Origin: an uncultured Gammaproteobacteria bacterium
GTDB taxonomy: Bacteria > Patescibacteriota > Microgenomatia > Levybacterales > UBA12049
Length of the DNA: 36,606 nt
Assembly (NCBI GenBank): GCA_964553595.1
Contig: CAZKLH010000001.1
Span: 1-36,606 of the forward strand
Direction: 5' to 3'
The notes beneath the pieces were generated by a model. That model was not told the origin of the DNA. It saw only the letters and a program-made list of their open reading frames with translations, and made no database searches. Position 1 is the stretch's first letter; every line of letters starts with the position of its first letter. The position numbers were made by a program, and so were the translations under genes. This document shows, one piece after another, positions 35,067 through 36,606 of the stretch.

Positions 35067-36606
35067 TTATTGTACTCCTTGTGATTTTTGTCTTCTGGCT
35101 TCGACTTCGTCAAGAATCTTTTTTCTAATTCTGATGTTTTTTGGAGTTACCTCAACCAGCTCATCATCTGCAATGTATTCAAGTGAATCTTCAAGGCTCA
35201 TGTTTTTTGGTGTATTTAAGGCCGTATTTGTGCCATCCCCTTTTGATCTCATGTTGGAAAGCTGTTTTGTCCTGCAAACGTTTACCGATAAGTCGTCGCT
35301 TCTCGCATTTTGCCCGATAACTTCCCCTTTATATACAGGAACAGCTGGGCCGATAAAGAGCGTTCCTCTATCTTGCACATTAACAAGACCATACATGTTG
35401 GTGACTCCGCTTTCATAGGCAGTGAGCGATCCTTGTTCACGTTTTCTGGCAAACCCATTGTCTGGCCGAAATTCAAAAAATGAGGTATTAAAAATGCCAA
35501 GCCCTCTTGTATCGGTAAGAAATTCGCTTCTGTAACCAAAGAGCTCTTGGGTCGCAATGGCAAATTCCATAAAACAGATGTTGTTTTCTACATACATATC
35601 AGCAAGCTCTGCGTGCCTGGTTCCCATTTTCTGCATCACAATCCCCGAGGTTTCCTGCGGCACTTCGATAAATACTTTTTCGTATGGTGTGTATTTTTTG
35701 CCTTCAACAAGCTTTTGTATTACCTGAGGTCTTCCTACTTGAAATTCGTATCCTTCTCTTCGCATTCGCTCGATAAAAATGGCAAGATGCAATTCTCCTC
35801 GTCCAGACACGATCCATGCATTGCCTGTATCGTCTTGCACGCGAAGCGCCATGTCTGTTTCAAGCTCTTTATAGAGTCTTTCTCGAATCTGGCGCGAAGT
35901 TTTAAACTCTCCCTCACGGCCTGCAAATGGTGAGTCATTTACCATAAAGGTCATTTTTACCGTTGGTTCTTCTATGTCAAGGAGTGGAAGGGCAACAGGC
36001 ATAGTTGTGTCGGCAAGTGTTTCTCCTATCGTTGCATCAGGGATCCCAGAAATAGCGACAATGTCATTCGCTTGCGTTTCTTGTATGTCGACGCGTCCCA
36101 GGCCAACAAATGTCATAAGCGATGTTATCCGACATTTTTTCATGACTCCATCGCGGTTGATGTGCATGACATCTTGGTTTTGTCGCATGGTTCCATTATA
36201 AATTCTGCCTGTAACAATACGTCCTTTAAAATTGTCATAGGAAAGCGTTGTAACAAGCATTTGGAGTGGTTTTTCTGGATCTCCGGTTGGTTTAGGAATG
36301 TGGGTTAATATGGCATCAAAAACAGGCGTAATGTCGGTCATTTTTGAAAGATCTGGATCGAGTCCTGCTTTGCCCTCTTTTGCAGATGCATACACTGTTG
36401 GAAAATCAGCGATCGTGTCGTTTGCACCAAGTTCTAAAAACAAATCAAGCGTTTTGTCCAAAACATAGTTAATACGAGCGTCTGATTTGTCTATTTTATT
36501 GACAACGACAATAATTTTAAGCCCAAGGGCTAAAGCCCGCTTTAGCACAAATCTGGTTTGTGGCATTGGTCCTTCTTTTGCATCGATAAGAAGCAAGCAA
36601 CCATCT
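35067..36606 (-). CDS. typA: Translational GTPase TypA/BipA; N-terminus lies beyond the window end
   Basis: The frame is open to the window edge (…DGCLLLIDAKEGPMPQTRFVLKRAL, NKIDK G4 motif). The EF-G-like domains and the TypA C-terminal domain are present. Confidence 0.93.
   Translation of the reverse strand, partial: DGCLLLIDAKEGPMPQTRFVLKRALALGLKIIVVVNKIDKSDARINYVLDKTLDLFLELGANDTIADFPTVYASAKEGKAGLDPDLSKMTDITPVFDAILTHIPKPTGDPEKPLQMLVTTLSYDNFKGRIVTGRIYNGTMRQNQDVMHINRDGVMKKCRITSLMTFVGLGRVDIQETQANDIVAISGIPDATIGETLADTTMPVALPLLDIEEPTVKMTFMVNDSPFAGREGEFKTSRQIRERLYKELETDMALRVQDDTGNAWIVSGRGELHLAIFIERMRREGYEFQVGRPQVIQKLVEGKKYTPYEKVFIEVPQETSGIVMQKMGTRHAELADMYVENNICFMEFAIATQELFGYRSEFLTDTRGLGIFNTSFFEFRPDNGFARKREQGSLTAYESGVTNMYGLVNVQDRGTLFIGPAVPVYKGEVIGQNARSDDLSVNVCRTKQLSNMRSKGDGTNTALNTPKNMSLEDSLEYIADDELVEVTPKNIRIRKKILDEVEARRQKSQGVQ

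Overview
This is a low-GC, gene-dense bacterial window. Its gene content and style (small proteins, many hypotheticals, CxxC-x17-CxxC and SET proteins) fit an ultra-small or Patescibacteria-like genome, but that placement is inference only. The housekeeping backbone comprises an RluA-type pseudouridine synthase, YebC, a XerC/D recombinase, pyrC, an SdhA/FrdA/NadB-family flavoprotein, carB, carA, pyrB, folD, gyrA, ppa, gyrB and typA (cut by the window edge). About 8.7 kb of poorly characterised genes (13.15-21.86 kb) sit between the flavoprotein-pyrC pair and pyrB-carA-carB. They include a Tat-signal gene broken at a homopolymer, a P/T-rich membrane protein, a cold-shock protein, a VOC protein, a SET-domain protein, microproteins, a CxxC-x17-CxxC zinc-ribbon protein and an SRPBCC protein. 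The same stretch holds a five-gene minus-strand cassette: a double-HTH protein, a 68-aa protein, an Lnu/ANT(2'')-like nucleotidyltransferase, a 132-aa protein and a 77-aa protein. The main observations follow. (1) carB is interrupted by one in-frame TGA exactly at an invariant Gly codon, while TGA is otherwise a normal stop here. (2) The 9-mer TCCTATAGT occurs four times, three of them abutting or within 2 nt of the -35 position of leaderless promoters. (3) Most accessory genes have a sigma70-like -10 (about half also a good -35) ending 5-8 nt before the start codon, so they look leaderless; a few genes carry perfect AGGAGGTG Shine-Dalgarno sites. (4) A promoter-proximal intrinsic terminator has its U-tract touching the pyrB AUG. 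(5) An 838-bp convergent gap (6015-6852) has no convincing gene. (6) A class II Fic protein lies beside gyrB and gyrA. I found no tRNA, rRNA, CRISPR array or transposase. No known defence system could be recognised from sequence alone, and the function of the nucleotidyltransferase cassette is unknown.
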